Source: Candidatus Lutacidiplasma silvani (lineage in GTDB: Archaea > Thermoplasmatota > Thermoplasmata > Lutacidiplasmatales > UBA184). From it: 64,000 bases of DNA. Location of the stretch: NCBI GenBank assembly GCA_022750295.1, contig JAKIVZ010000001.1:5651-69650 (forward strand), read 5' to 3'. Within the stretch, counting starts at the first letter, position 1, and each line of letters starts with the position of its first letter. The position numbers were made by a program, and so were the translations under genes. Below, piece by piece: positions 1 to 9,180 of the stretch. Under the pieces are notes generated by a model. That model ran no database searches, was not told the origin of the DNA, and saw only the letters and a list, made by a program, of their open reading frames with translations.

Positions 1-131
1 CCGAGGGGGCCCCGAGTTCGATTCCGGCGAGGGCTAGCGCCCCGACGGTCCGAGGGCAGATCGGACCGGAATTCGACGTTGCGACGCCGTCGCACGCAAT
101 GTTTATTCCGCGATCGTCGCCCCCGAGATTC

Positions 132-608
132 ATGCGGCGGAAGCCGGCGCCCGAGCTCGCCCCTCCGAGTGCCTCGTTCGTGGAACGCGACGAAGTCGAC
201 GTGTTCCGGTACCCGGCGGACATGACGGGCGCCGGGCCGAAGCCGGCGTTCGATGTCCTCTTCTCGACGCTGCCGAACGGGATCGACCGGAACTGCTTTG
301 GGACCTTCCGCGCACGCGAGGGACCACCGGAATACTTTGCGTGTGCCGAGCGGCTTCCGACCGACCCGGCGACCTACGCCCACCTCGAGACCGGCACGAT
401 TCCCGGCGGCCTCTACGTCCGCCGTATCTACCTCGGGAACTGGCGGGCGGGGATCCAGGACATCCCCGACAACTTCCGTCGACTCGTGGAAGAGTTCCAC
501 CCCGACTCCGCGCGCCCTTCAATCGAGTGGTATCGGGGGGACAACGAACTCCACCTCCTGCTCCCCGTGCTGGATCGGGAGACGCGGTCGCCGTCCCGTC
601 CTCGATAG
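132..608 (+). CDS. GyrI-like small-molecule-binding (effector-binding) protein
   Basis: 'TIPGGLYVR...RPSIEWYRGDNELHLLLPV' resembles the GyrI-like fold; TTTATT box at 102-107 favours the ATG at 132. Confidence 0.65.
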   Translation: MRRKPAPELAPPSASFVERDEVDVFRYPADMTGAGPKPAFDVLFSTLPNGIDRNCFGTFRAREGPPEYFACAERLPTDPATYAHLETGTIPGGLYVRRIYLGNWRAGIQDIPDNFRRLVEEFHPDSARPSIEWYRGDNELHLLLPVLDRETRSPSRPR

Positions 609-675
609 CTTCGGACTCCCGACCGCCACGGCCGGATTCGCCGGGTGGGACCGGGTGCGCTGTGCCGGGCCCCGC

Positions 676-1473
676 CTAGGGCGGGCTCGCCCGCTCGGCC
701 AGGGAAGGCCGCTCGGGCGGAACGTCCCTCGGCCACCCGGATCTTCGTCCGAGCTGAATCAGTTTCCAACCGAGGACGGCGGACCAAACGAGTTCCAGCA
801 CGGCCGAGGGTCCGTCGAACGCCGTCAGGGCAGGGAACCCCGGGCGCAGGCCAAAGGCGAGTCCGACGACTCCCGTCGCAATCCCCCGGTAGCCGACCCT
901 CGGATCGGACGGACGATTCCGGAGAACGAGCCCGAGCCGTAGGATCCCGACGGAGAGCACGCCCGAACCGAGCGGAAGGGTCAGGCTGACGACGCCCCGG
1001 ACGTAGGTCGCGGTCGAGAGACTCGCCTGCTGGGCCGCCAGCGAGCCGCTCGCGTAGTTCTGACTGACGGCCACCAGGGCCACCACGTTCGGACCGGTGA
1101 CGAGCAGGTCGATCAGCGCATAGAGCGCGAGGAAGCCGGAGGCCACGGGGGTCGCGGCCCGGTCCAGTCGCCCGAATGCGGCGTACAGGGCAACGACCCC
1201 GAGGAGCAGGAACCGGTCGGAGAGGATGCCGATCCCGAAGGTCACGCGCGCGAGTTCCGCGTGCTGCGCCAGGGTCGCGAGCCCCGCACCACGGAGCTGA
1301 CCGCCCGGAAGCAGATAGGAGGTCGACGAACCGAGCGCGATGCTCAGCGGGATCAGCAGAACGAACGAGGCGGCGACGAGGAGGAGGCAAATCCCGCCCC
1401 AGGTGGAGAGCCGTTCGACTCCGGGCTCCGCCCGGGCGGGCCGGGCCGACTCCCCCGTCGTTCGGCCTCGTGT
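676..1473 (-). CDS. Polytopic membrane protein (DUF4386-like); start codon uncertain
   Basis: Several hydrophobic helices; the frame stays open upstream of the GTG at 1245 to a stop at 1474-1476 and encodes an extra TM segment. Confidence 0.5.
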   Translation of the reverse strand, partial: TRGRTTGESARPARAEPGVERLSTWGGICLLLVAASFVLLIPLSIALGSSTSYLLPGGQLRGAGLATLAQHAELARVTFGIGILSDRFLLLGVVALYAAFGRLDRAATPVASGFLALYALIDLLVTGPNVVALVAVSQNYASGSLAAQQASLSTATYVRGVVSLTLPLGSGVLSVGILRLGLVLRNRPSDPRVGYRGIATGVVGLAFGLRPGFPALTAFDGPSAVLELVWSAVLGWKLIQLGRRSGWPRDVPPERPSLAERASPP

Positions 1474-1483
1474 TCAGAGGGCG

Positions 1484-2008
1484 TTACTGGTACCGGGCCT
1501 TGACAGCGGAACGACGTTCGACCGGGTTGGGCGTTCCCTTTCCCTTTCGAATCAGACTCCGCAAGCTCCCCTGGATGTAGGAGCTCCACGCGCTCGAGCA
1601 GGCCCCGAAGCACTCGTCGGCCGGCACGAGTCCGACGTGAGTGAAGCGGACCTCGGTCTGGTCTCCCTTTCGCGAGATGTCGAACGTGATCGTGGTACCG
1701 TTCCACTCGGCCTTGTCCTCCACAAAGCGGAGCGAGCTGTCGAGCACCTCCCACGCGACGCGCTTTCCGGGAACCAACTCGGTCACCCGTTGTTTGGAAT
1801 AATGAAGGTCTTCGTACCGATACGTCCACTCGGCCCCGAGCGTGTCGGTCTTCCCGTCGATATTCCCGGACCACCACCCCCGGACGTCGTTGATGGCCGC
1901 ATACGCGGGGGCGGGCGGTTCGTCGACGGTAAATGCAACGGTGAAGCTGGAGCCTGGCCCGCGCTTGCCACGCGCGGCGGAACCCTTGGGGGACTTTTTG
2001 GTCGTCAT
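1484..2008 (-). CDS. SRPBCC (AHA1-like/START) domain protein
   Basis: 'AINDVRGWWSG...VTELVPGKRVAWEV...EWNGTTITF...FTHVGL...ECFGACSSAW' pattern. Confidence 0.85.
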   Translation of the reverse strand: MTTKKSPKGSAARGKRGPGSSFTVAFTVDEPPAPAYAAINDVRGWWSGNIDGKTDTLGAEWTYRYEDLHYSKQRVTELVPGKRVAWEVLDSSLRFVEDKAEWNGTTITFDISRKGDQTEVRFTHVGLVPADECFGACSSAWSSYIQGSLRSLIRKGKGTPNPVERRSAVKARYQ

Positions 2009-2178
2009 GGATCGCCGAATCTTCGACCCCATAGAAAAGGGCGCACCAACGGCCCCCAGCGCCGTGGGTCGGGCTCCCGGCCCTCGACGGTGGCACCGCC
2101 TGAGACACGGGGGTCGAGGAAACGCCCCATCGGGCGAGGCCGACCGCCCCCCGCCGCCCCTCCGGGGTTCTTAGGGGG

Positions 2179-2673
2179 CTACCCGTCGCGCGAGGTGAGG
2201 GCGAACTCGTAGAGGTCGCGCAGCAACACCGGCGCGAGGCCGGGGAACGTCTGGGCCAGCGTGCGCGTCTTTCCGTCCGGGGTCACCTGGGGCGCGAGGT
2301 GTCGGAGGCCGAACGCCGAGAGGGCCATCAGGACCGGGACGACGTCCTTCCCCTTCGAAGTGAGTCGATAGTGGACCTTCCGGTCGTCGTGGGGGTCGGA
2401 GAGTTTCTCGATCAGCTCCTCCGAGCGAAGTTCCCGGAGCCGGTTGGTGAGGACCCGGGGCGTGAGCCCTTCGCTCCGCGCGAGGAGTTGGCCGAACGTC
2501 TGGTCGGGCCAGAAGGCCACGTCGCGGAGGACGACCAGCGCCCATTTCCGGCCGAGGATGCCCAGCGACGCCCGGATCGGGCACCCGAGGGCGTCCTCCC
2601 GAAGCAACGTTCCGATCGAGGAGAGAGGGTACGAATCGACGTTGGGTCGAGAACCGGAGACCGGTCGCCGCAT
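2179..2673 (-). CDS. HxlR-family winged-helix transcriptional regulator
   Basis: 'CPIRASLGILGRKWALVVLRD...GLTPRVLTNRLREL...YRLTSKG'. Confidence 0.9.
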   Translation of the reverse strand: MRRPVSGSRPNVDSYPLSSIGTLLREDALGCPIRASLGILGRKWALVVLRDVAFWPDQTFGQLLARSEGLTPRVLTNRLRELRSEELIEKLSDPHDDRKVHYRLTSKGKDVVPVLMALSAFGLRHLAPQVTPDGKTRTLAQTFPGLAPVLLRDLYEFALTSRDG

Positions 2674-2683
2674 GGCCGTTCAA

Positions 2684-2808
2684 TCACTATGCTTGGGATA
2701 CTATTTGAATCGACCTCGAAGCGTTCGGTCGGCCCCGATATCCTCCGCGAGCCGAATCACTATCCATCCGTTCCATCTGCCGTTCAAATAGTGTCCGAAG
2801 TATACTGA
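2684..2808. promoter_or_regulatory. Pair of inverted 26-bp elements, putative HxlR operators
   Basis: 2684-2709 matches the reverse complement of 2783-2808 at 22/26 positions; lies between divergent hxlR and hydrolase genes. Confidence 0.6.
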
Positions 2809-2944
2809 GACCCATGTCCGATCTTCCCCATCGATCCGGCGAGTTCGTACGGCCGACCCCGCCCCCCGTCGACCGAGACGTCGTTCCGAGGCATTCCGGG
2901 GGAGAGGACTCGACTCGGCCGGCCCCGAACGGAGGTCCGGCCGC

Positions 2945-3754
2945 ATGACCGTCCTTACGGTCCGCGCCGACGGAGGCGGGTCGGTCGACGTCACGGTGAC
3001 GGATCGCGGTTCCGGTCGGCCCGTTTGGCTCCTGCATGGCGGGGCCGGGCCCATGTCCGTGGCCGGGTTCGCGCAGATGCTCGCCGAGCGGTCCGGCGCC
3101 CACGTCTACGTGCCGACCCATCCGGGATTCGGGGGGACCCCGCGCCCCGATTGGCTGACGAGCGTTCCCGAGCTCGCCCGGGTCTACGCTCGGCTTCTCG
3201 AGACGCTCGACCTCCACGACGTCGTCGTGATCGGCAACTCGATGGGAGGTTGGATCGGCGCCGAGCTCGGGTTGCTCGCACCGCACCGGCTGGGAGGCTT
3301 GATCCTGGTCGACGCCGGAGGGATCGACGTCCCCGGCCATCCGATCGTCGACATCTTCCCGCTCTCGTTGGACGAGGTCGTCCAGTTGAGCTGGCACAAT
3401 CCGGCCGCCTTTCCGAAGAGCCCCAAGCCCCCCACCGAGGCGGAGCGAGCCGTGCTCGGCGGCAACCGGGCCGCACTTGCGGTGTATGGCGGGAATCCAC
3501 CGAAGAACGACCCGACCCTCGGGGCCCGTCTGGCGAAGCTGGCCCTGCCGACCTTGGTCGTCTGGGGGGAGAGCGACCGGATCGTGGACCCCGGGTACGG
3601 GCGGGCGTACGCCGCCGCCATTCCGGGGGCCCGCTTCCAACTGATCCCGGGAGCGGGTCACGTCCCGCAGCTCGAGGCCCCGGCGGCGCTGTGCGAGGCC
3701 GTCGGGCCGTTCCTGGGGTCCCCCGCCGCGGGGCCGGCCGACCCTCCCCGGTGA
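2945..3754 (+). CDS. Alpha/beta-fold hydrolase
   Basis: LLHGG, GNSMGG nucleophile elbow, WGESD and GAGH triad motifs. Confidence 0.9.
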   Translation: MTVLTVRADGGGSVDVTVTDRGSGRPVWLLHGGAGPMSVAGFAQMLAERSGAHVYVPTHPGFGGTPRPDWLTSVPELARVYARLLETLDLHDVVVIGNSMGGWIGAELGLLAPHRLGGLILVDAGGIDVPGHPIVDIFPLSLDEVVQLSWHNPAAFPKSPKPPTEAERAVLGGNRAALAVYGGNPPKNDPTLGARLAKLALPTLVVWGESDRIVDPGYGRAYAAAIPGARFQLIPGAGHVPQLEAPAALCEAVGPFLGSPAAGPADPPR

Positions 3755-3856
3755 CTCGGAACGGTCCCCGCGGTCTCGCGCCCGGGGAAGGGCCCGGGGT
3801 CGGGGCCCCAGCGCGACCGGGCGACCCCGTTCGCCGATCGCGATCGGCCGGACGGC

Positions 3857-4516
3857 TCAGGCGCGGGGTCTCCGGAAGCACCCCGGGGCATGGTCGTCGA
3901 CGAGGCCGACCGCTTGCATCCACGCGTAGACGATTACCGGTCCGACGAACTTGAACCCCTGCGACTTGAGTTGGTCGGAGAGGGCTTCGGAGAGCGGGGT
4001 CTTCGCTCGTACCGGACCCGGTTCCCGGATCGGAGCCCCGCCGACGGCGGACCAGACGAACGTCGCAAAATCCACTCCGTCCGACGCGAGCCGCCGATAC
4101 GACCGCGCGCCGGCGATCGTCGCTTCGATCTTCGCTCGCGACCGGACGATCCCCGGGTCCGCGAGCAGACGCGCGACGTCCCGCTCGTCGAACCGGGCGA
4201 CCTTCGCCGGGTCGAACTGACGGAACGCGCGTCGGAACGCCTCCCGCTTCCGCAGGATGATCGTCCACGAAAGCCCCGCCTGGAACCCCTCGAGCATGAG
4301 CATCTCCCAGAGCCGACGGCTGTCGTGGACGGGAACGCCCCACTCCTCGTCGTGGTAGACCTGGAGCATCGGGTCGGTCTTCGCCCACTCGCACCGCTCG
4401 ACGGTCGGGGCCGGGCCCACGGTCCCGGGGGAACGCGAGGCGGCCGCCGCGGATTTCTCGGCGGCCCGGACCCGGGTCGGGCGGGCGGTGCCCCGGGGTC
4501 TCCGAGTTCCCGTCAT
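3857..4516 (-). CDS. tag: DNA-3-methyladenine glycosylase I
   Basis: 'RCEWA...YHDEEWGVP...LEGFQAGLSW.TIL.KRE.FR...GFKFVGP...DDH...C'. Confidence 0.95.
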   Translation of the reverse strand: MTGTRRPRGTARPTRVRAAEKSAAAASRSPGTVGPAPTVERCEWAKTDPMLQVYHDEEWGVPVHDSRRLWEMLMLEGFQAGLSWTIILRKREAFRRAFRQFDPAKVARFDERDVARLLADPGIVRSRAKIEATIAGARSYRRLASDGVDFATFVWSAVGGAPIREPGPVRAKTPLSEALSDQLKSQGFKFVGPVIVYAWMQAVGLVDDHAPGCFRRPRA

Positions 4517-4523
4517 CTTCGGC

Positions 4524-5015
4524 CTACGTTCTCGGCAGGTGCGAGAGGATCTCGTCGACCATCGTATCGACCGGGACCGTCGCATCGATGCCGATGCCGC
4601 GCCCGACCGTGGCCGCTTTCGCGTACACCTCCTGCGCCGCTTGGGCCCCGTGCGGGGGTCGACGATGGCCGTCCCGCGCGATGCACACGGCGAGTGGGGC
4701 GTCCAATCGGAAGATGTAGTGTCGGAACCGGAGCCGGCCGACCAGGTCGTCGAGCTGCGCCTCGTAGTAGAAGTTCCCGTCGAACAGGACGGGTCGGCCC
4801 CCGGTCAGGATCGACCGGGCGAGTTCGGCGGCGTGCTCGTTGGCCCGAACGAAGCTCCGGAGGGAGACGTACCCGTCCTCCCACTCCTCGAGCTGGTGCT
4901 CGTCGAGGATCCGGTCGATCGAGACGGGCACACCGCCGATCCGGGTGGCGAGTTGGGCGGTTACGCTGCTCTTGCCCACCCCGAGCGGTCCTCGGATGAT
5001 CACGAAGTAGACCAC
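4524..5015 (-). CDS. P-loop (AAA_33-like) small kinase/ATPase
   Basis: Walker A GPLGVGKS at the N-terminus, LFDG Walker-B-like strand and RxxxR lid. Confidence 0.75.
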   Translation of the reverse strand: MVYFVIIRGPLGVGKSSVTAQLATRIGGVPVSIDRILDEHQLEEWEDGYVSLRSFVRANEHAAELARSILTGGRPVLFDGNFYYEAQLDDLVGRLRFRHYIFRLDAPLAVCIARDGHRRPPHGAQAAQEVYAKAATVGRGIGIDATVPVDTMVDEILSHLPRT

Positions 5016-5049
5016 GGATTCGGTCTCCCGGCTCCCGATGGCCCGCCGT

Positions 5050-5472
5050 TCACCGGGCCGCGCGCGCCTCGTTCTCGGCCACGCGGGCGACTCCGAGTTT
5101 CCGGACGAGCGCCTCCGGAACGGGGCGGGACGCCGGGAATCGGATGCAGCCCTTCCCGACGTCGAACGCGCCGAGCTCCGTGGCGTGGGGTTCCAGCCGC
5201 GGCGGGCGGGAAACGTAGAACGCGAGGTGATCCTTCTGGGCCCCGATCCCGACCAAATATCCCCGGTAGGTGTAGGATGGAATCCCGTACGCGATGGACT
5301 CGGTCGCTGGCGGCGCGGACGATCGGATTTCCGCGCGGAGATTCCCGAGCGCGATCGGTTCCTCCGCCGCGAGGGCCGCCAGGTACTCGTCGACGGTGGC
5401 CGGGGGGCCTCCTCCGCTCGGTTTCGCCTTGCCGATGGTCGGCGACCCGGTCCCGACCCGCTTCTCGCGCAT
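5050..5472 (-). CDS. DUF1801 (YdhG-like) domain protein
   Basis: 'TVDEYLA...ESIAYGIPSY...KGCIRF...PVPEALV'. Confidence 0.8.
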   Translation of the reverse strand: MREKRVGTGSPTIGKAKPSGGGPPATVDEYLAALAAEEPIALGNLRAEIRSSAPPATESIAYGIPSYTYRGYLVGIGAQKDHLAFYVSRPPRLEPHATELGAFDVGKGCIRFPASRPVPEALVRKLGVARVAENEARAAR

Positions 5473-5534
5473 CGAGGAACGCACCTCCCCCGGGAGCGAG
5501 CCCGATTAGAAAACGTTCGGGGCGCGGGCTCCGA

Positions 5535-5957
5535 TCACCGCGTTCGAGCGCGGGATCGACGTCTCGTCCGCCGCCGGTCGGGGGTCGGGGATCGGGGCTT
5601 TGGCCGGGGCGTCACGGCCTCGTGGAGGTGCCGGTCGAGGGCCGCAAACTGCTCCGCCCAGAACGTCCGGTACGAGGACATCCACTCGTCGGCGACCCGG
5701 AGCGCCCGGGCATCGAGCGAGCACCGACGAAGGCGCCCGTCCACCGTGCGGGAGACGAGCCGGGCCTGCTCGAGGACCTTCAGGTGTTTCGAGACGGCAG
5801 GGAGGGACATTTCGAACGGCTCCGCGAGGTCGGTCACGGTGGCGGGGCGGTCCGCGAGCCGGACGAGGATCGCCCGTCGCGTCCGGTCGGAGAGGGCGTG
5901 AAAGACGTCGTCGAGGTCGTCGGCGGATCCTGGGGGGGCAACGGTCGCGGCCGCCAT
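5535..5957 (-). CDS. ArsR/SmtB-family transcriptional regulator
   Basis: 'LDDVFHALSDRTRRAIL...EPFEMSLPAVSKHLKVLEQA.LV...FWAEQFAAL'. Confidence 0.92.
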   Translation of the reverse strand: MAAATVAPPGSADDLDDVFHALSDRTRRAILVRLADRPATVTDLAEPFEMSLPAVSKHLKVLEQARLVSRTVDGRLRRCSLDARALRVADEWMSSYRTFWAEQFAALDRHLHEAVTPRPKPRSPTPDRRRTRRRSRARTR

Positions 5958-5977
5958 CGTCCGGAGGCCGGGGATAG

Positions 5978-5993
5978 TAAACCAAACGGTTAA
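5978..5993. promoter_or_regulatory. Putative ArsR operator AACC-N4-GGTT overlapping a TATA-like element
   Basis: TAAACCAAACGGTTAA between divergent arsR and SRPBCC genes. Confidence 0.55.
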
Positions 5994-6044
5994 GTATTGC
6001 GCGTCCGTCCTCGCCCCCGGCCCGAACCGGGCCGGAAGAGTCCG

Positions 6045-6446
6045 ATGTCGTGGGGTTCCGTCCATCAGGAAGTCAAGTTCGACGCGACGCCGAAGCGAGT
6101 GTACGACGCGCTCATGGTCACGAAGCAGCACGCCGCGTTCACGGGCGTCCCCGCGAAGATCAGCCCGGTCGAGGGGGGCGAGTTCCAATGCTTCGACGGC
6201 TCGCTCGAGGGCCGGAACGTCGCGCTGATCCCGGGAAAACGGATCGTCCAGGCGTGGCGGATCAGTGGCTGGGAGGACGGCGTCTTCTCGATCGTCCGGT
6301 TCGAGCTCGAGAAGACGAAGACCGGAACGAAACTCGTCTTCGACCACACCGGGGTTCCCCAAGACGCCCTGAAGGGGATCACCGCGGGGTGGTACGAGCA
6401 CTACTGGGACAACCTGACGAAGTACTTCGCCGGGAAGAAGGGGTGA
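6045..6446 (+). CDS. SRPBCC (AHA1 C-terminal-like) domain protein
   Basis: 'RVYDAL...HAAFTG..A.I...GG.F..FDG...IVQAWR...GWYEHYW'. Confidence 0.88.
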   Translation: MSWGSVHQEVKFDATPKRVYDALMVTKQHAAFTGVPAKISPVEGGEFQCFDGSLEGRNVALIPGKRIVQAWRISGWEDGVFSIVRFELEKTKTGTKLVFDHTGVPQDALKGITAGWYEHYWDNLTKYFAGKKG

Positions 6447-6567
6447 CCCCCGGTCCCCGGGGTCGGCCCCCGATTCGGCCGCCCGTTCGTGTCCCGCCGT
6501 CGCCGAGCGCTGGACGTAACCGGGTGGGAACGGGTCGGTTTTAGCGATTTTTTCTCCTGCCGAGCGC

Positions 6568-6861
6568 ATGGGCGGAAAAGTGGTCGTCCAAGTTCGGCAG
6601 GCGGATGGGAGCCCCGTGCCCGGGGCGCGACTCCTCGCCATCAACCACGATGCGTGGTCGAAGGCGCACAAGGAGTGGCATGGGACCACGGACACGACCG
6701 GCGACTACACGTGGCCGAACATGGACACAGGAACCCTCGGCGACCGGTACACCTTCACGGCCGCCTTCGAGGACGGAAAGGCGAAATGGGCGGGCGAGTC
6801 GAGCCATCGGATCAAGGGCGACACGACGATCGTGCTCACCCTCACCAAGGCCAACGACTGA
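6568..6861 (+). CDS. Small beta-sandwich protein (carboxypeptidase-regulatory-like)
   Basis: 'DGSPVPGA...TTDTTGDY' prealbumin-like motif; good codon usage. Confidence 0.55.
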   Translation: MGGKVVVQVRQADGSPVPGARLLAINHDAWSKAHKEWHGTTDTTGDYTWPNMDTGTLGDRYTFTAAFEDGKAKWAGESSHRIKGDTTIVLTLTKAND

Positions 6862-7124
6862 ACCCCCCGCTGCGTCGAACCTCGGGATTCCCCTCGGTCC
6901 CGGGGCCAACCCATTCCCGGCTTCCGATTCGCGGGGCGGAGCCCCCACGGGTCGATTGGCAAGTTCGTTCGCACCGGTCCGAGACCCGGGGCGGGGAGGT
7001 CCCTTCGCGGTACCCGACGGTCCCGTCCCGATTGGGCCCGTGCCGCCGGTCACCTTCGAACAGTAACCGACTGGGAAGTTGGGGACCGCCCCCGTATATT
7101 CCGCGGCAGGGGATTCGACGCCCC

Positions 7125-7454
7125 ATGTCGGCGAGCGCGCAGCACCTGAAACGAACCCGACGTTCGGAGTTCTCCGGGCAGCACGACCCCGATCGGATCG
7201 ATCGACTTTCCCCGGGCCGTCCCCCTCGGGACGTCTCGGACACGTCCTCCGAGCTCGACCGGGTGTTCGACGACGCCACGATTCTCGCCCACGACCTCGT
7301 CTGGGCGGCCCGCGGAGCCACGGGGTTGGGGCCGGGGACCCTCGAATTTGCTCCATCGGTCGCGAACGAGTGGGATGCTCGGCGGCGGTTCCGCGCCGTG
7401 CGTCGTGGAGGGAGGGCGGCCCAGTGGGGCGATCGCCGGACCCGGCACCCGTAA
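7125..7454 (+). CDS. Hypothetical protein
   Basis: ATG about 30 bp downstream of TATATT (7095-7100); 109-aa open frame. Confidence 0.4.
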   Translation: MSASAQHLKRTRRSEFSGQHDPDRIDRLSPGRPPRDVSDTSSELDRVFDDATILAHDLVWAARGATGLGPGTLEFAPSVANEWDARRRFRAVRRGGRAAQWGDRRTRHP

Positions 7455-7477
7455 TCTCCTCCACGAGGCAAACTCCG

Positions 7478-7831
7478 ATGCCCGCCACGTGCGAAGGGTG
7501 TGAGGCCCCGCTCGACCCGTCGTGGGTCGCGTGCCCGCACTGCGGCCGCCCGGTCTCGGGCCAGTTGGGGACCGAGAAGCTCGTTCGGGTGATCACCCAG
7601 GTGGGAGTCGACCTCCTCGAGGTGGGGCTCCTCGAAGCGGAGGCGAACGCGAAGGAGAAGGGGGACACCACCCGCGCGGAGCAACTGGCGATCGCCCGGA
7701 ATCTCGCGAAGGACGTCGGACCGAAGATCGCGGATGCGGTGACGACCCTCGTCTACCAGAAACAGGTACTGGGGGAACCGGCCGCGGAAAAGTCTCTCCC
7801 CCCGGGGAATCGCGGCGCGAGGGCGCCTTGA
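7478..7831 (+). CDS. Zinc-ribbon protein with helical C-terminus
   Basis: CEGC...CPHCG at the N-terminus. Confidence 0.7.
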   Translation: MPATCEGCEAPLDPSWVACPHCGRPVSGQLGTEKLVRVITQVGVDLLEVGLLEAEANAKEKGDTTRAEQLAIARNLAKDVGPKIADAVTTLVYQKQVLGEPAAEKSLPPGNRGARAP

Positions 7832-8157
7832 CGGGACGTTCCGAGGGCGGGGTGGCCGGGGGAGCGCGTCCGACCGACATTCGCGCCTCGCCCACGAGGC
7901 CGACCCCTTCCTCGCCGCCGTCCGTCCGCTCGCGATTCCTGGTGGCGCTGCTCCGCTGGGTCCGGCCGAGCCGGATCCCCTGGGGCCTCGTCCAACTCCT
8001 CGCGAACGCTTCGATGTCGATCGGGCTCTGGTCCGGTCGGCACTCCCGCTGGGTGCGCCGACGGCACCTCCTCGCCTGGGTCGCGTGGGTGGCGGCCGCG
8101 GCGGCGGTCGTCACGGTCGCGACCGTCGCCGTCGCGCGGGACCCCGCGCGTCCGCCG

Positions 8158-9153
8158 CTACGGCTCCGACCGGGGGAGGTCGGTCGGCGGGCGATCCGCC
8201 CGAGTCCCCGCCGAGGCTCCTAGGTCGCCGTCCTTGCGAGGGGGCGGGGCGGGGACGCTCGCGCGCGACCGGCGGAACTTCGTCAGGACCGCGAGGCCGA
8301 CGATGATGAGCGCGAGCCCGCCGAGCTCCCAGAGCTGGAACGGCTCCGCGAAGATCAGCGTGCCGACCAGGACCGCCGCGACCGGGTTCACGTAGGCGAC
8401 GAGGTTCGCCCGGGCCGGTCCGATCCGGTGGTGCAGGTAGAAGTACAGCGAGTAGCCGACGAGCGATGGTAGGAGCACGAGGTAGCCGAGGGCGAACAGC
8501 GTCCCGGTGGAGAGGGGGAACGCCGGGTGCGGCTCCACCACCGGAAGGGCCACGAGGAGGAACAGGGTCGCGATCAGGAACTGGACCGAGACGCCCCAGA
8601 GGGTCTCCCCGTGGGGGCGGTACCGCCGCAGGAGGACGGTCCCGAACGCGACGCTGACGGCGGCTCCGAGAACGGCGATCGGGCCCCAGACGGTCGTGAA
8701 GAGCACGACGCCGGGGGGCGGGACGACGAGGATCACCACTCCGACGAACCCGACCACAAGGCCGACCGCCCCCCAGCGGCCGAACGACTCGCCGGGGAGG
8801 ATCGGCAGCGCGAACAGCGCCGTCAGGAACGGCGTACCCGCGATGAGGATCGCCGCGAGGTTGCCCGACGTCGACGCCTCGCCGAGGTAGAGGAGGAGAC
8901 CGTACACCCCGACGATCGGCAGCCCGAGGAGGCCGGAGACCCCGAGGGAGCGCCACGTCGGTCGGGCGACCCGGGTCACCGCGGCGAGGAGCCCGATGGC
9001 GACGGCGGAGAGCGCGTACCGGGACGCGGCGAAGAAAACGGGGGTCGCCCCGTCGACGATCCCGAACCGGATCACGGGGTACGCCGAGCCCCAGATCAGT
9101 CCGACGAGGACGAGCAGCAGGAGGTTTCGCCGGTCCGGATCGGATTCCGCCAC
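8158..9153 (-). CDS. EamA/DMT-family transporter
   Basis: About 10 TM helices; 'LIWGSAY', 'YVNPVAAVLVG.LIF.E'. Confidence 0.9.
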   Translation of the reverse strand: MAESDPDRRNLLLLVLVGLIWGSAYPVIRFGIVDGATPVFFAASRYALSAVAIGLLAAVTRVARPTWRSLGVSGLLGLPIVGVYGLLLYLGEASTSGNLAAILIAGTPFLTALFALPILPGESFGRWGAVGLVVGFVGVVILVVPPPGVVLFTTVWGPIAVLGAAVSVAFGTVLLRRYRPHGETLWGVSVQFLIATLFLLVALPVVEPHPAFPLSTGTLFALGYLVLLPSLVGYSLYFYLHHRIGPARANLVAYVNPVAAVLVGTLIFAEPFQLWELGGLALIIVGLAVLTKFRRSRASVPAPPPRKDGDLGASAGTRADRPPTDLPRSEP

Positions 9154-9180
9154 GTGCCTCCGTCGGGGACGTCCGCCGCC

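Noticed and set aside
10-36. GAGTTCGATTCC resembling a tRNA T-loop at the window start
   Set aside because: The flanking stem does not pair properly and no acceptor stem can be built from the visible sequence.
7828-8223. Possible small membrane ORF after the zinc-ribbon gene
   Set aside because: It overlaps the convergent EamA gene, has a weak TTG start and no family signal; unresolved rather than supported.
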